From NCBI RefSeq assembly GCF_001194135.2, contig NC_068988.1, positions 38,492,221-38,555,241 of the forward strand: a stretch of 63,021 nucleotides of DNA, written 5' to 3'. Each line of letters starts with the position of its first letter. Within the stretch, counting starts at the first letter, position 1. Below are positions 1 through 11,515 of this stretch, in pieces. The DNA comes from Octopus bimaculoides (Eukaryota). Both the position numbers and the translations under genes were made by a program. The notes below the pieces were generated by a model, which was given only the letters and a program-made list of their open reading frames with translations, did no database searches and was not told the origin of the DNA.

Positions 1-35
1 TGGCTGAGCACCACAGACCAAATCTTTGGCTGGTG

Positions 36-249
36 CAAGTTTTGGAAAGAGCACGGACATGTGAAGCTGAAAATGGCTGCCATTTAAGCAATGTTATTTT
101 TGATGTGTGATGTAGTGGTGTTTCAAAATTTGACTTGTGCATTTTAATTTCCATTATGTCCTTTATATTGTATCAAAATTTCATGCATTTATTTGTAAAG
201 TTAAGGAAGTTACTAAAAATTGAAACCCATCAGTGACTTTGGGACACCT

Positions 250-251
<2 letters not shown>
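36..251 (+). mobile_element. 3' end of a Tc1/mariner-superfamily DNA transposon (C-terminal codons plus right TIR)
   Basis: Translates VLERARTCEAENGCHLSNVIF. Ends in a TIR whose reverse complement is CAAGGTGTCCCAAAGTCAC, followed by TA. Same family as the 46671-47288 copy on the minus strand. Confidence 0.85.
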
Positions 252-282
<31 letters not shown>

Positions 283-479
283 TTTTACATTTATATCTGC
301 AGCATCAGAAATGCCTACATCTGCAATGCTCATAACGCTTATATTTACAACACCCCAAACACTTTTATATACAATGCTTCCTTACTCCCACCCCCCAGTA
401 GAGACAAGAACCTTAACATTTCTAACATGTTTGAATGATGGTAGGTTAAAAGCAAGAACAACTGTTATGGTATCTGTTA

Positions 480-1830
480 CCAAATGATCATGGGAACCTT
501 CTTTTCAGCTGCTGAATAACATTTCTCCTTCCTGTGTTACCTCCCATTTCTCTTTCCCAGCTTTCCCAGTTTTCAGAGATGACATTGTAAATGTAGGCAC
601 ATCGAAAGGTAGGTCTAGTGAGATTGCAGAAATGCTTGAATGGAGACATGTTGATGTATGTTGCATGCAAGAGGTAAGGTGGAGAGGAGTTTCAGCCAGA
701 GTCCTCACAGGCAAAGCACATAGGTATAAACTCTTCTGGTAAGGTAACAGTGATGGAATAGAGAGTGTAGGCATACTTCTTGCAGAGAAATGAGTGGATA
801 AGGTCATAGAGGTAGTGAGGGTGTGCGATAGAGAACTTAAACTCAGGCTAGTCTTGCAGAATGGTATAGCTACGATTATCTTCTATTGCCTATGCCCAAC
901 AAACGGGCCTACTAAAAAATGAACAGAAGGATCACTTTTATATTCTTCTGCAGGCTGCCTCAAAGACGAATGAGAATGATCTCATCTTTGTGGCTGGAGA
1001 TCATGTTGGACATCAACCTGGTATCTTCCATGGTGTACATAGCTGCCATGGAGTTGGTACCAGAAATGAAGAGAGAACTAGGCTCTTGGAATTCTGCAAT
1101 GCAAATAACGTATTGATCTGCAACGTCATGAAGCCAGTCAACCACCTGAAAACCTATCAATCAGGTGACTCTGCTAGCCAGATTGATTTCATTCTCACCA
1201 GACAGAAGAATGCATAGTTGCTCTTGAATACAAAGACCCTCCCTGGTGAAGAATGTACCCTCCCCCAGCATAGACTAGTTATTAGTGACTTTAGACTCGA
1301 GGCCAGAAAAGAAGGACCTAGAAGCTTAAGAACCCTTTACATGAGCAGAGATTTAGGGATATCCTTGCCGAGAAATTTGAGAGAGAGGAGCTACAGTCCT
1401 GTGACAGAGAATGCAGCTGGAGATTCCTGCAAGGCAGCTTGCAGAGCACCACAGACCAAACCTGTGGCTGGTGCAAAGTCCCTTCCAGATCTAGGGTAAC
1501 ATGGTGGTGGAACAATATTGTAGACAGGGCAATTAGGGTAAAGAAACAGGCCTGGAAGAGTAGGGGTAGTATGAGACTGTATCAAATAGCTAGAAGGGAA
1601 GCTAGGAGACAGGTATATATAGCCAAAGGAGTTGCAGAAAAGAAGTTTGCCAATGTTCAGTGACATAAAGACCAAAGAACTGAAGTATTTCATACTGCAA
1701 GAGACAGTGTGTGAGAGAAAACCGTGATGTCATAGTAGAGAAATGTATCCGCATGGATGATATTGCCCTTGTGTTTAATGATTCTGCAAAGAAAGAGGCT
1801 AGGAAATGCCATTATGAAAGACTGTTTTTG
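480..1830 (+). mobile_element. Degenerate RTE-clade LINE, APE endonuclease and linker region
   Basis: Frameshifted translation gives NVGTSKGRSSEIAEMLEWRHVDVCCMQEVRWRG, GVGTRNEERTRLLEFCNANNVLICN, SQIDFIL, PQHRLVISDF, TWWWN. These are typical RTE endonuclease motifs, with stops and frameshifts. Confidence 0.9.
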
Positions 1831-2099
1831 AAGTGTAAATCATTCATAAATGAACAAGCACCAACTAGTGTGCAAGTTTGTGTCCACCAAGATAGTTGGA
1901 TGAAGGCCTGAATAGTAACAGTGTGTGTCAGACTATTTGGTATGTTACTGTTCTATTAGTTTTAGGTCAGTTTTGGGGGCCATAGAACAGATACTATGAA
2001 GAATGTTATTGAGGTTTAATCATAGGAAAATAGCTAAATCATTCAAAGAGAATGAGGGAAAGTTTCCTGTGTGGAATGGGTTTTTAGTATTGGATATTC

Positions 2100-3075
2100 T
2101 TTACAGTTGTCTTATATTGCTGTTTTAATTACCAATGATGAAATCATAAAAGTGCCATAGTGCTAGGTATTGGCCTCTTATAGAACAGCTTAACATTTTA
2201 AAAGGTGGATAAAACAACTTCATTATTTGACTACTTCTGAAATGTGAAAACACATTTATGGTTGGATATTGACTCCCTGAGATTATGTATTACAACAATT
2301 TCCACACTTCAGAAGTTTTTTATAATTATCCATGACATCAATAAGAATCAACACTCCTTTGTTAAAGAATAATTCTGCAATGGCCTGTGATAAATTTATT
2401 ATCCAGTTTGAAAGATATCTTAAACCTACAAAGCCAAACAAGAACAATAAAATGGATTTATCTATGATAAGTCAGGAAGATACAACAGTCAGTTACTATG
2501 ATGAAATAAAGTGGCTTAAAATTACTAAAGAGGAAGCTGAAGATATTGTCACGTCCTATAGAAGAGCAAAAAATTTCATTGCATCTAAATTTACCAGCAG
2601 CAAAAATATATTGAATGAATGAATAAAATTATATTCATTGAAATAATAGCTTAGACAACATATTAATGACTTCATCAGTTCTCTGAGTCATATATCAAAA
2701 TACAGTAAATTTCTTATCCCATTTGTGAAAGAGACTATTAAAGATGGCTTTTGCCAAGGACTTAATAGCAAAGCTGGTTGAAAGGCAATTTACCATAGTT
2801 ATGCCTTGTCTCATAAAGCTGGGAAAACTTTTACATAACAAGATGCTGTTTTACAGCTTAGACAGAATAGTCTACTGTTTAGTGCTTGGAACAGAATTAA
2901 TCCCAATGACCATAATTCTTATGTTGCTGCTTTGGGAAATCAACTTCAGTTCCAGCTAAAACTTATTTTTAGTGTTGATCAAAGACTTCACACAGCTATA
3001 GTGAAAGTCTTGCTGTTGATAAACAATGTCTTAATCATAAAGTAACAGAACATTTTGCAAAGGTATCTTGGAGAC
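2100..3075 (+). mobile_element. Ty3/Gypsy gag remnant
   Basis: TIKDGFCQGLNSK resembles the IRDAFI.GL.S gag motif. ESLAVDKQCLNHKVTEHFAKVSW is a decayed CCHC zinc knuckle (C..C.K.GHFAKVC). Lies upstream of the pol remnants. Confidence 0.55.
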
Positions 3076-3309
3076 CAATTGTATTAACATTATTACAGCA
3101 TTAAAATGAGGTAGCAAGCTAGGCATCTTGCCATTTTGGCTCTCTTTATGTTCTAAGTTGAAATTATGTTAAGGTCAACTTTTCCTTTCATTCTTTTGGA
3201 GGTCAATAAAACACAAACCATTTGAGTACTGGAGTCAATATAATTGAGTGGCCCTCACCCCTGAATTTGCTGATCTTGTGTCAAAATTTGAAATCATTAT
3301 TAAGATATT

Positions 3310-3525
3310 AAAGGCAGTGTACTGGCAGAATTGTTAGCATGCTAGACAAAATACTTAGCAACATTTCGTTTGTTTTCACATTCTGAGTTCAAATTCCACC
3401 CAGGTCAACTTTACCTTTCATCCTTTTGGGATTGATAAAATAAGTATCAGTTGAACACTGAGATTGATGTAATCAACTACCCCCACCTCTCCCAAAATTT
3501 CAGGTCTTGGGCTTATAGGAGAAAG
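3310..3525 (+). mobile_element. tRNA-headed SINE, family C
   Basis: Head TGGCAGAATTGTTAGC...GAGTTCAAATTCC (A/B-box-like) plus conserved CTTTCATCCTTTTGGG.TTGATAAAATAAGTA body. A second decayed copy lies at ~3105-3300. Confidence 0.75.
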
Positions 3526-3535
3526 GCTCATCACA

Positions 3536-3762
3536 TTAACCCTTTAGAATTTAAACCAGCCATATCCTGTCAAAATATTCTACTTGTTTTATGTTCAAAC
3601 TGGCCGGATCCTGTCTTTCGTACTTACCCTACAATATCATTCTAAAATAAACAATCACATCATTGAAATGTTGAAGCTATGAGATAATGCATGATTAATT
3701 CAAAACAATGTGAATAAATAAGCATTACATTTGACAGAGTAAAATGGATGATAAATGGTTAA
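3536..3762. mobile_element. TTAA-flanked MITE (piggyBac-like termini)
   Basis: Begins TTAACCCTTTAG and ends ...GGTTAA. Reverse-complement homologue of 8311-8509. Confidence 0.65.
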
Positions 3763-3809
3763 ACAACTAAGCAGCGGCACTTTCTTTTAGGTATTATGGA
3801 TGTGCACAA

Positions 3810-5450
3810 TAAATGATAGCTAAATGACAGTGATAGTGAATTGGTGGTGATTTCTGAAGGTATTGTGAAGAAGCTTGGTATTAAGCCATAAGCCAAATCA
3901 TTGTCAAAAATGAAATTTGCTGATGGAAACAAGCTTAAGATAATTACAAAGTCCAACTCATGCTAGCATGGAAAAACGTATTTAACATGAACAAACAAAC
4001 AATTCTAAACATTAAAATAAACAACTGCTGCCTAGTAACTGAAGTATTATCTCATTTGCTATGTTGGAAATCTCAGATTTATCACAGTTTTAGTCACAGC
4101 AAATTAAATTGAAAGCTAATCTTCCAACTTCAAGTGTATCAGTTGCATGTGTATGTCTGAGATTTGATGGCATTCTTTGACAAATCTTCAGAACTTTAAA
4201 CATTCCCTGAATGAAGTTTAGGAAATTCTGTGGATGTAATATCTGTATGTTGTTCTTCCTCAGAGTCATTCTTTTGAAGGCCAGGAAGTCATTAAAATTC
4301 TAATTAATAAACTGTTGGCTGAAAGAGTAATTATCCCTGCAAAGTTGACATGGCAATTGTCCATGTATATATATATATACACATGTGTGTGTGGTACTGT
4401 TTTCTTCCCTTGACATTGTTTGGTTGCTGTAAGCAAGTGTCACTGTCATGCAAGCAATGTCCTTTGCTTCCAATCTTCTGAGACATGTCTGGTCAGGGCA
4501 AAATATTACCTTGCTTTTGGAAACAGGTGAAGGCTGGTGATTGGAAGGGCATCCAGGTGTAGAAAATTAGCCTCAACAAATTTCATTTGGCCCATACAAA
4601 AAGTGGATGTTAAAACAATGATGACGATGATGATGACAATGATGTTGATAATGATTATGAGTTATATGCATTTCCTGTGTCCCTCATCTGTGATGTTGTA
4701 AGTCAAATTTAGGGAAGCTCCCAATTCTGGTATATTATCAGTTACCATTACCTCCCCAGGAGCAAAATTTGGATAACCTTTGAAGCAAAAAATGAAATTA
4801 TATTATTTATGCAAATTGTCTTTTGGAGTTACTGATTGGTGGGGTGGTTGTTTGCATGGCTCACTTTAAAAGAAATCATTACACACTTAGAAGGGGTCCT
4901 CCTTATTTTGGTGGCATGGTGAGATGTGGAGGATAATATAAGGTTTCATATTAAAACTTTGCAGTCTTTTCTCAAACATAATCAAGAGACAAAACAATTA
5001 AACAATTTTAAAATAATGTCTTAATGCAATTAAGAGACTGAAAGACAGTGTTGCAGCAGCTTTGTTATCTGTTCTAACACCTGGTTCTTTACTTTGTCTT
5101 GAAATATATATGTCTTTAGCACTGTTAGGTTCTGTCTTAATGGAAAATGGACAGCCAATTTGTTTCTATTCACATTGATTGGATGATAATGACAAGCAAT
5201 AGCCTGCTGCTGAATTAGAAGCCCTTGTAATAGTCAAATCAGTTGAAAAAATGTGTGACGCTGCTGCTAAGCACAAAAATTCAAACTTGTTAACAAGATC
5301 AGCAAACAAGAGCTTTCCTATTTCATAAGTAACTTAAATATGATGTTAAAAAAGCTAAACTGTATCATAAAACAGCTTCTCGGTTCTCATAAGAAATACA
5401 ATACTGTCTAAGAAGAGAGAATTTGGCTGCAAATTCCTCATGTAGAATTT
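3810..5450 (+). mobile_element. Ty3/Gypsy pol remnant: protease, RT and RNase H, interrupted by a SINE
   Basis: PR-like LNDSDSELVVISEGIVKKLG (~3820-3890). RT EGQEVIKILINKLLAERVIIP, YYQLPL, TFEA, LYYLCKLSFGVT (~4270-4830). RNase H LGSVLMENGQPICFYSH, AELEALVIVKSV, EIQYCLRRENLAAN (~5040-5450). Confidence 0.8.
4385..4650 (+). mobile_element. Non-autonomous retroelement with RTE-type 3' motif and (GAT)n tail
   Basis: Contains GGAAGGGCATCCAGGTGTAGAAAA and ends GTTAAAACAATGATGACGATG. Inserted within the Gypsy RT. Confidence 0.6.
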
Positions 5451-5619
5451 CTGCAATTGGTAAAGATAATAAGATAACGGACTAATATTGAATGATGAAC
5501 AAATAGATACAACAAAGAACTATTCATGAAAGAGAATATGGGATACTCTAGTTTAGACAGACCAGACATATTCATCGTTGTTGTTGTCATTGTTGTTGTC
5601 GTCCCCCCACCACCATTAT

Positions 5620-6100
5620 CATCATCTAATGTCTGTGTTCTATGCCAGCATGGATTGGAACAATTTGACAGAACCTGGCTAGCTGCAGAGCTACGCCAAG
5701 TCACTGTGTCAGCTTTGACATGGTTCCTACAACTAGATGCTCTTCCTGACACCAACGCTTTACAGTGTGTACTGTGTGCTTTTCTTGTGCCACCAGCATT
5801 TGTGAGGTAGCTAAGTAACTTTCAAGTGAAATATTGCTTATGTAAAATGATTCAACTGCAATAACCAACATCAAGCCAAGTGAAGTTGTAGTTGTGGAAG
5901 ACACTGGTGCCATGCAACTGATACCCATGCCGGTGGCATATAAAAACACCCATTATACTCTCCGAGTGATTGGCATTAGGAAGGGCATAGAAACCATACC
6001 AAATCAGACTGGAGTCTTGTGCAGCCCCTCAGCTTACCAGCTCTGGTCAAACCGTCCAACCAATGCCGGCTTGGGCAACAGACGTTAAATGATGGTGATG
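5620..6100. mobile_element. Two family D elements (RTE-related, (GAT)n tail) in opposite orientation
   Basis: 5620-5830 (-) and 5900-6100 (+) both carry the TGG.TGGC.TTAGGAAGGGCATC...GTTAAA.GATGATG module. Confidence 0.75.
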
Positions 6101-6289
6101 CTGTTCCAGGTAAAAATTAGGTCATGTTATATGTGTGCAAGATCAAAACCTCACTTCATCAAAATAAACAGACTAACTTATACTATTAACAAAAACCTTG
6201 GCAGTAATGTTCACTTGATAGTACAGGTCTATAACCAATTAAAAACATTGTCAGCTCTTTGATTTTGGCATTTTTGTCCAATGAATTTA

Positions 6290-6560
6290 ATTGTACATTA
6301 TTTACATTCGATGAATATTTGTCCTCACCTTGTTTGTTGTTAACACAAGATTTCGGCTGATATACCCTCCAGCCTCCATCAGGTGTCTTGGGGAAACCTG
6401 GCTTCTCATTCCTAAGGTATTTTTTGATGTTGTTGTTATTACTATTATTATCATTATTATTATTATTCAGGTCACTGCCTGGAATCGAACTTAGAATCTT
6501 GGGGTTAGTAGCCCGCGCTCTTAACAACTACGCCATATGCCTGTGGGCATATGGCGTAGT
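6290..6560 (-). mobile_element. tRNA-headed SINE with (AAT)n spacer, minimal hammerhead motif and AATGTAAAT tail
   Basis: Minus strand: GGCATATGGCGTAGTTGTTAAGAG (A box) ... GTTCGATTCC (B box), then an (AAT/AAC)n run, a hammerhead fold at 6342-6387 and a short-repeat tail. Second copy at 25375-25590. Confidence 0.8.
6342..6387 (-). ncRNA. Minimal type I hammerhead ribozyme motif (mutated copy)
   Basis: GACAC-CUGAUGG-A-GGCUG(10-nt loop)CAGCC-GAAA-UC-UU-GUGUU. Helix I GACAC/GUGUU, perfect 5-bp helix II, core A9>G. Confidence 0.7.
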
Positions 6561-8310
6561 GTCCAGAACACAACACACAATCCAGTCCAAGAATCAAACT
6601 CACAACCTTGTTATTGTGAGCCCAATGCTCTAACCACTGAGCCATGCACTTTTATATATGTATTATGTACACATATTATATATGAAATTACTAAATTGTA
6701 TATTTTGCACTTCATTGTTTTGTTATGCATGTGATTCCCTGGTCTGTAGAAAACTGCCTTGTATAAAATCAATCAATGGTGTAAAAATGCGTAGGAACTA
6801 CTGCTCTGATAAGTCTACGAATTCACCACTTTGTATTCCAGGCTGTTTGCATATTAACCATGGCACTCAATTTAGAAGTGCTCAAATTTTGCAATTTTTG
6901 AACAGATTAAATTGTTACATGACTAGAGTGAATCTTTGCTATCTCTCATCAAATGGACAAAATTAATGCTATGATGGATCAGTATGATAAATGATTCAAA
7001 TACAAATTCAAATATGATGATGAAATGATGGGACAAAGAACGCTAACCCAAATGAATATTAAATCATTGCTTGCTGGAACTTTAAGCATGCAGTCATCTC
7101 ACGACATGTTTATCTCTACACACAGGAAAGCATAAATGATTACTGTTCTTCATTGTCCAACATTGACAAAATCACTTCCTGATTGATTTTGTTTCGAAAA
7201 TCAATATGCTCGCAAAAAAAAAAAAAAAATAGACACTCAAAAAAATTGGCCAAAAGTACAGCTGTAGCTGTGTGGGTAAGAAGCTTACTTCCCAACAATG
7301 TTTGTCTTGAGTTCAATCCCACTTTACGGCACTCAGGGGTGTCATAAATATAGAATAAAATGATTAATTACTTGTGCATTGAGTGATTTGTCTCACTGGT
7401 ATACTTTGCCACAGGAAATAACCACAGATTTTAGATTTTAAGGAGCAACCAGGCTAGTTTCAATCCTATGTTGGGACTTTATCAGCAACTGAGTATCCTC
7501 TTCAACTGCTTATAGAAACACTACTTACAAACTCACTATCGTTAAATTACATGGACCATTTTGCATATACAACACATTCTTGGCTGTTGGCTTCATTAAT
7601 CAATTATTGGTATATTAACAGTGCTTTGTTCTTGCTGTACTAAAACAATAAATCTACAGATTTTAGCCATCCCTGTATGCAATAGACTGACATTGACATC
7701 TTATGTTTATATACAATATATTTAAGGATACAAAGAGCTAGATCAGCTTGACTGGTTTAAATAATGTGTGTGTGTGTGTGTGAATGTGTGTGTGTGTGTG
7801 TGGGAGAGAGAGATTTTAGTCAGAAGTTTTAAGTCAATGTAAGCTAACGTGTGTCACTTCCTCTTTGACTATGGAGAAGTCTTCCTTGATATTTTTCCCT
7901 TTATAGAGTGTGTTTGTGTATGTGTGTGTGTAAGTATGTGTGTGTGCATAAATGTGTGTACATGTGCGTATGCATGTGTGTATATATGTATATATATATA
8001 TATACATATATATATGTGATGTGTGTATGTGCGTGTGCATGTATGTGTGTGTATATCATTATCCTCCACTTCTTTATCATCGTCATCATCATCATCATCA
8101 TCATATTACATCCGCATTCCATTCTGACATGGATTAGCTGATTCACTGTAGACCAAACCAGTTGTTATTCAGAGTTACTACTATTCTTGTAGATGAGTAA
8201 AGGAGCACATCTCACTTAAGCATTTCCTTTTGGGGCTGATTTCTATAACTGAATGTTTTCCTAACATCATAAAAGTTATGAGTACTTTTTTTCAGCTGGT
8301 GCTAATGAGT

Positions 8311-8509
8311 TTAACTCTTTCGTGTTCAAATTACTCAGTTAAATGTAATACTTTTTCACTCTTATAGCTTTGAGGTTATAATGATGGGATTGTTTATTTT
8401 TAGAATGTCAATGTAGGTTAGGTGTGAGAGGCTAGATATCGCCAGTTTGAATATAAAGCATGTAGAATATCTGGGCCAGATATGGCCGGTTTAAACACTA
8501 AAGGGTTAA
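8311..8509. mobile_element. TTAA-flanked MITE (piggyBac-like termini)
   Basis: TTAACTCTTT...CTAAAGGGTTAA; same family as 3536-3762. Confidence 0.65.
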
Positions 8510-9009
8510 CTTCTGTTAACTATAACTTAGAAAGGAACGCACACTGTCAACCTGATTCACTTTAATTATACTTTATGAAGATCAGGCTGTTCCTCAGACA
8601 CAATGGGTTATAGAACTTGTCATGTCTATCAGCTAGGTGGATGTAGGTATGTAAAATTGCCTGATTGATATACCCCAACATGTTAGAAAATAACTGCAAG
8701 TGGTTTGAATGTAAAACCTAGGAACTGTTAGGTGTCAATGAAGAGGCTTCTATGAAGTTGTTCATCCAGCTTGATATGGATGTAGAGTGTGTGTATATAT
8801 ATATGTAGGTATCTTTGTTTCCTTTTTTTGATGTGGTCTGTTTGCTCAATGGATATAGCTCTTTAGTGGATCCTGTCAATAGATATATTCTGTTTTGGGG
8901 AAAACTGAAATATTAATAAGACAATCATTTGTGTACTTAGGCAGATTCTGGGATAAGGAGAATCTTCCTAATGTGGTTCCAGCAGAAGGACCCAAAATTT
9001 CAGGCCTTG

Positions 9010-9300
9010 TGCCACTTGAAAAGCATCTGGTCCACACTGTAAAGTGTTTAGCATTTGGGAGGGCATCCAGCTGTAAAAACCATGCCAAAACTGACCTCAC
9101 CTGTGGAGGAGCCACATAAAAAGCACTCAGTTCACTCTGCAGGGTGGTTGAGGTTGGGAAGGGCATCCAGCTATAAAAACCCTGCCAAAACAGGCACAGT
9201 AGACTGGGGTAGTCTTTCTTCTACCTGGCCAGCTCCTGTCAAATCGTTCAACCCATGCCAGCATGTAAGGTGGACATTAAACGATGATGATGGTGGTGGT
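9010..9300 (+). mobile_element. Family D element with internally duplicated GGAAGGGCATCCAGCT module
   Basis: Two GGGCATCCAGCT.TAAAAACC modules, ending GGACATTAAACGATGATGATG. Confidence 0.75.
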
Positions 9301-10164
9301 GGTGGTGAAGAAGAAGAAGATATAAAAATACTTTTTGCCCGGTTTGTCTATCTCAGAGTTCTTAGCTTCTTTTTTATACCTTATATTCATACAGTGATAG
9401 AGGTTTTGAGGTTATATCGAGGTATAGAGTTCTTGTTCCCTTTTTATACTAATCAGTCAGCGTCTAGTTTCTTTTAATAATTCATTTTAGATCATCAGCA
9501 GTTGTTTAGTGATTATTCTCTAAATGTATCAAGCCCTCCTTCTTTATGTTTGTGGTATCTATATCCTAGCAATGTCAGTTTTACAATGGTACTCTCAGAA
9601 CTTGCTGAATAGTTTTCAGGTTTTCCCCATCAAAGCACTTTAGTTCACTTAACTCCACATATATTAAATCAAAATGGCTTTTTATAACTGGAATGATTCA
9701 GGTATATTTACCATAATGGTAAACTCCATGAATAACAGGATTTTTTTTTCACCAAAATCAAGAATAGAATTAGGAATATATACAACACATAAGTATTAAA
9801 CTGAGAAGTATTTTTCCCTGTCTGTTTTTATTAAAAAAATAAAAGTCCTAAAATAGACAATAATGCAATAAAGCTTTCACATTTCATAACGACTATTATA
9901 TGGGTACAAAAGGATATTTATTTCTTCCCATCAAAGCATTTTGCAGCTGTTCCATTGCCTTGTTCAATGGTAGGGTTTATCAATTTTAATTTATCAGTTA
10001 AGAAAAGCTTCTGCACTATGATGGGTAAACATGTCAGAGAATAAACAATTTTCTAAAGTTATGTCATTGTTTGCATATAATTAGTTATAGATAAGCTAAC
10101 AGCTAATAAAGATAATATTCTATTGAAGATGGATCATTTTATATAAAACGTATACTAATATAAG

Positions 10165-10380
10165 TTGGCAAGCTGGTAGAATTGTTAATATGATAAGCAA
10201 AATGCTTAGTGGTATATTGTCTGTTTTTATGTTCCAAGTTCAAATTCCACCGAGGTTGACTTTGCCTTTCATCCTTTTGGGGTTGATAAAATAAGTATCA
10301 GTTGAGTGATGGAGTTGATGTAATCGACTCATTCCCTTTGCCGAACTTACTGACTTTATGCCAAAATTTGAAATCAATAT
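10165..10380 (+). mobile_element. tRNA-headed SINE, family C
   Basis: Same head and body as the 3310-3525 copy. Confidence 0.75.
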
Positions 10381-10387
10381 ATATGTA

Positions 10388-10945
10388 CGAGGGTGAGTCA
10401 AAAAGTAAAGCCATTTTGTATAGGGCAGGTATAATTACCAACACAAGAGCATGTATCATACATCAAAATGAAGCTGATTATGAGTTTATTGTTTTTCCTT
10501 TTGGCAAGAAATCAACCAGAATGACACCTTGAGTATCCCGAAAGACAGTTGCCATGATTTTTCCAGCTGACTTTTGCATCTTGAACTTTTTTGGTGGTGG
10601 TGACATAGAATGGAGCCATTCCATTGATTGCCTCTTTGATTCCGATTCATAATGATGAACCCATGTTTCTTCACCTGTTACGAGCCTTTGAAAGAAGGCG
10701 TTGTCTCTTTGACTTTGTAGCGAAGAAGTGGCTCAAAGAACACTCGACAGAATTTTACAGGGCAGGGATACATGCTCTCATTCAAAGGTGGAACAATGCT
10801 ATTGAGAGAAACGGTGACTATGTTGAGAAGTAGGAATGCAATCCACAGAGGACCAGCTTCATTTTGATGCATGATACATGTTCCTGTGTTGGTAATTATA
10901 CCTGTCCTAAACAAAATGGCATTATTTTTTGACTCACCTGCATAC
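10388..10945. mobile_element. Internally deleted and rearranged mariner with ~90-bp terminal inverted repeats
   Basis: Termini TACGAGGGTGAGTCAAAAAG... and ...TTTTTGACTCACCTGCATA. Minus-strand fragment reads HYESESKRQSMEW...KKFKMQKSAGKIMATVF...GVILVDFLPKGKTIN. Plus-strand C-terminus reads FYRAGIHALIQRWNNAIERNGDYVEK*. Confidence 0.85.
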
Positions 10946-11515
10946 ATATATAAATATGTTTACTTACAATATTTCTTTTTCACTGCTTTCCTGGATTCCA
11001 CTGACTCTCTGTTGCCATCTAATTCTATTACTTTGAATTTGAACTGGGAGATGGAGTTATAGTGAATCTTTCATTAGCTGATTACACAACAATGGACACT
11101 ACCCCCTATGGATGCGTTGCAGTTACTCTGTCAAGAGAGATTAATGATCCTTAACATTGATCTTCTAGGTTTTCCCCTGCTTAGCGTCAATACAAGAAGC
11201 ACTGTTGGCTCAGTTGAGTTCTTCTGCCACTTCTTCACAATCCATCGTGCTGTAGACACATGACTTCACCGTATCCCTGGCAGGGTGGCTGAACGGGTGC
11301 TATGCTTTCTCAAAAGCAGCCCATAACTATGCAGAGCATGGTTGTCACACTGTGAGGTATAATACCCACATACCCCCCACACACACATGCACATATATAT
11401 ACACAGATATATATATAGGACTAAGATACCTGATGCCTTGCAGTACTCAAAAGACCCGTACTCTGCAGCTGAAGTGTTAAGACCAATTCTTCTGGTGGTG
11501 TAAACACCTCTGGTA

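Larger units (their letters stand above)
6110..7090 (+). mobile_element. Ty3/Gypsy integrase remnant, split by SINE insertions
   Basis: SCYMCARSKPHFIK (zinc-binding CxxC, 6110-6180) and IPGCLHINHGTQFRSAQILQFL...SSNGQN (matches P..LHSD.G.QF.S...NGQ.ER, 6830-6965). Order PR-RT-RH-IN is Gypsy-type. Confidence 0.75.

Noticed and set aside
2332-2959. Two plausible-looking ORFs as host genes
   Set aside because: They lie in the Gypsy gag region, collinear with downstream pol remnants.
6470-6545. tRNA gene (also at the heads of families A, B, C)
   Set aside because: A/B boxes are present but no complete cloverleaf or acceptor stem is evident, and each continues into a SINE body.
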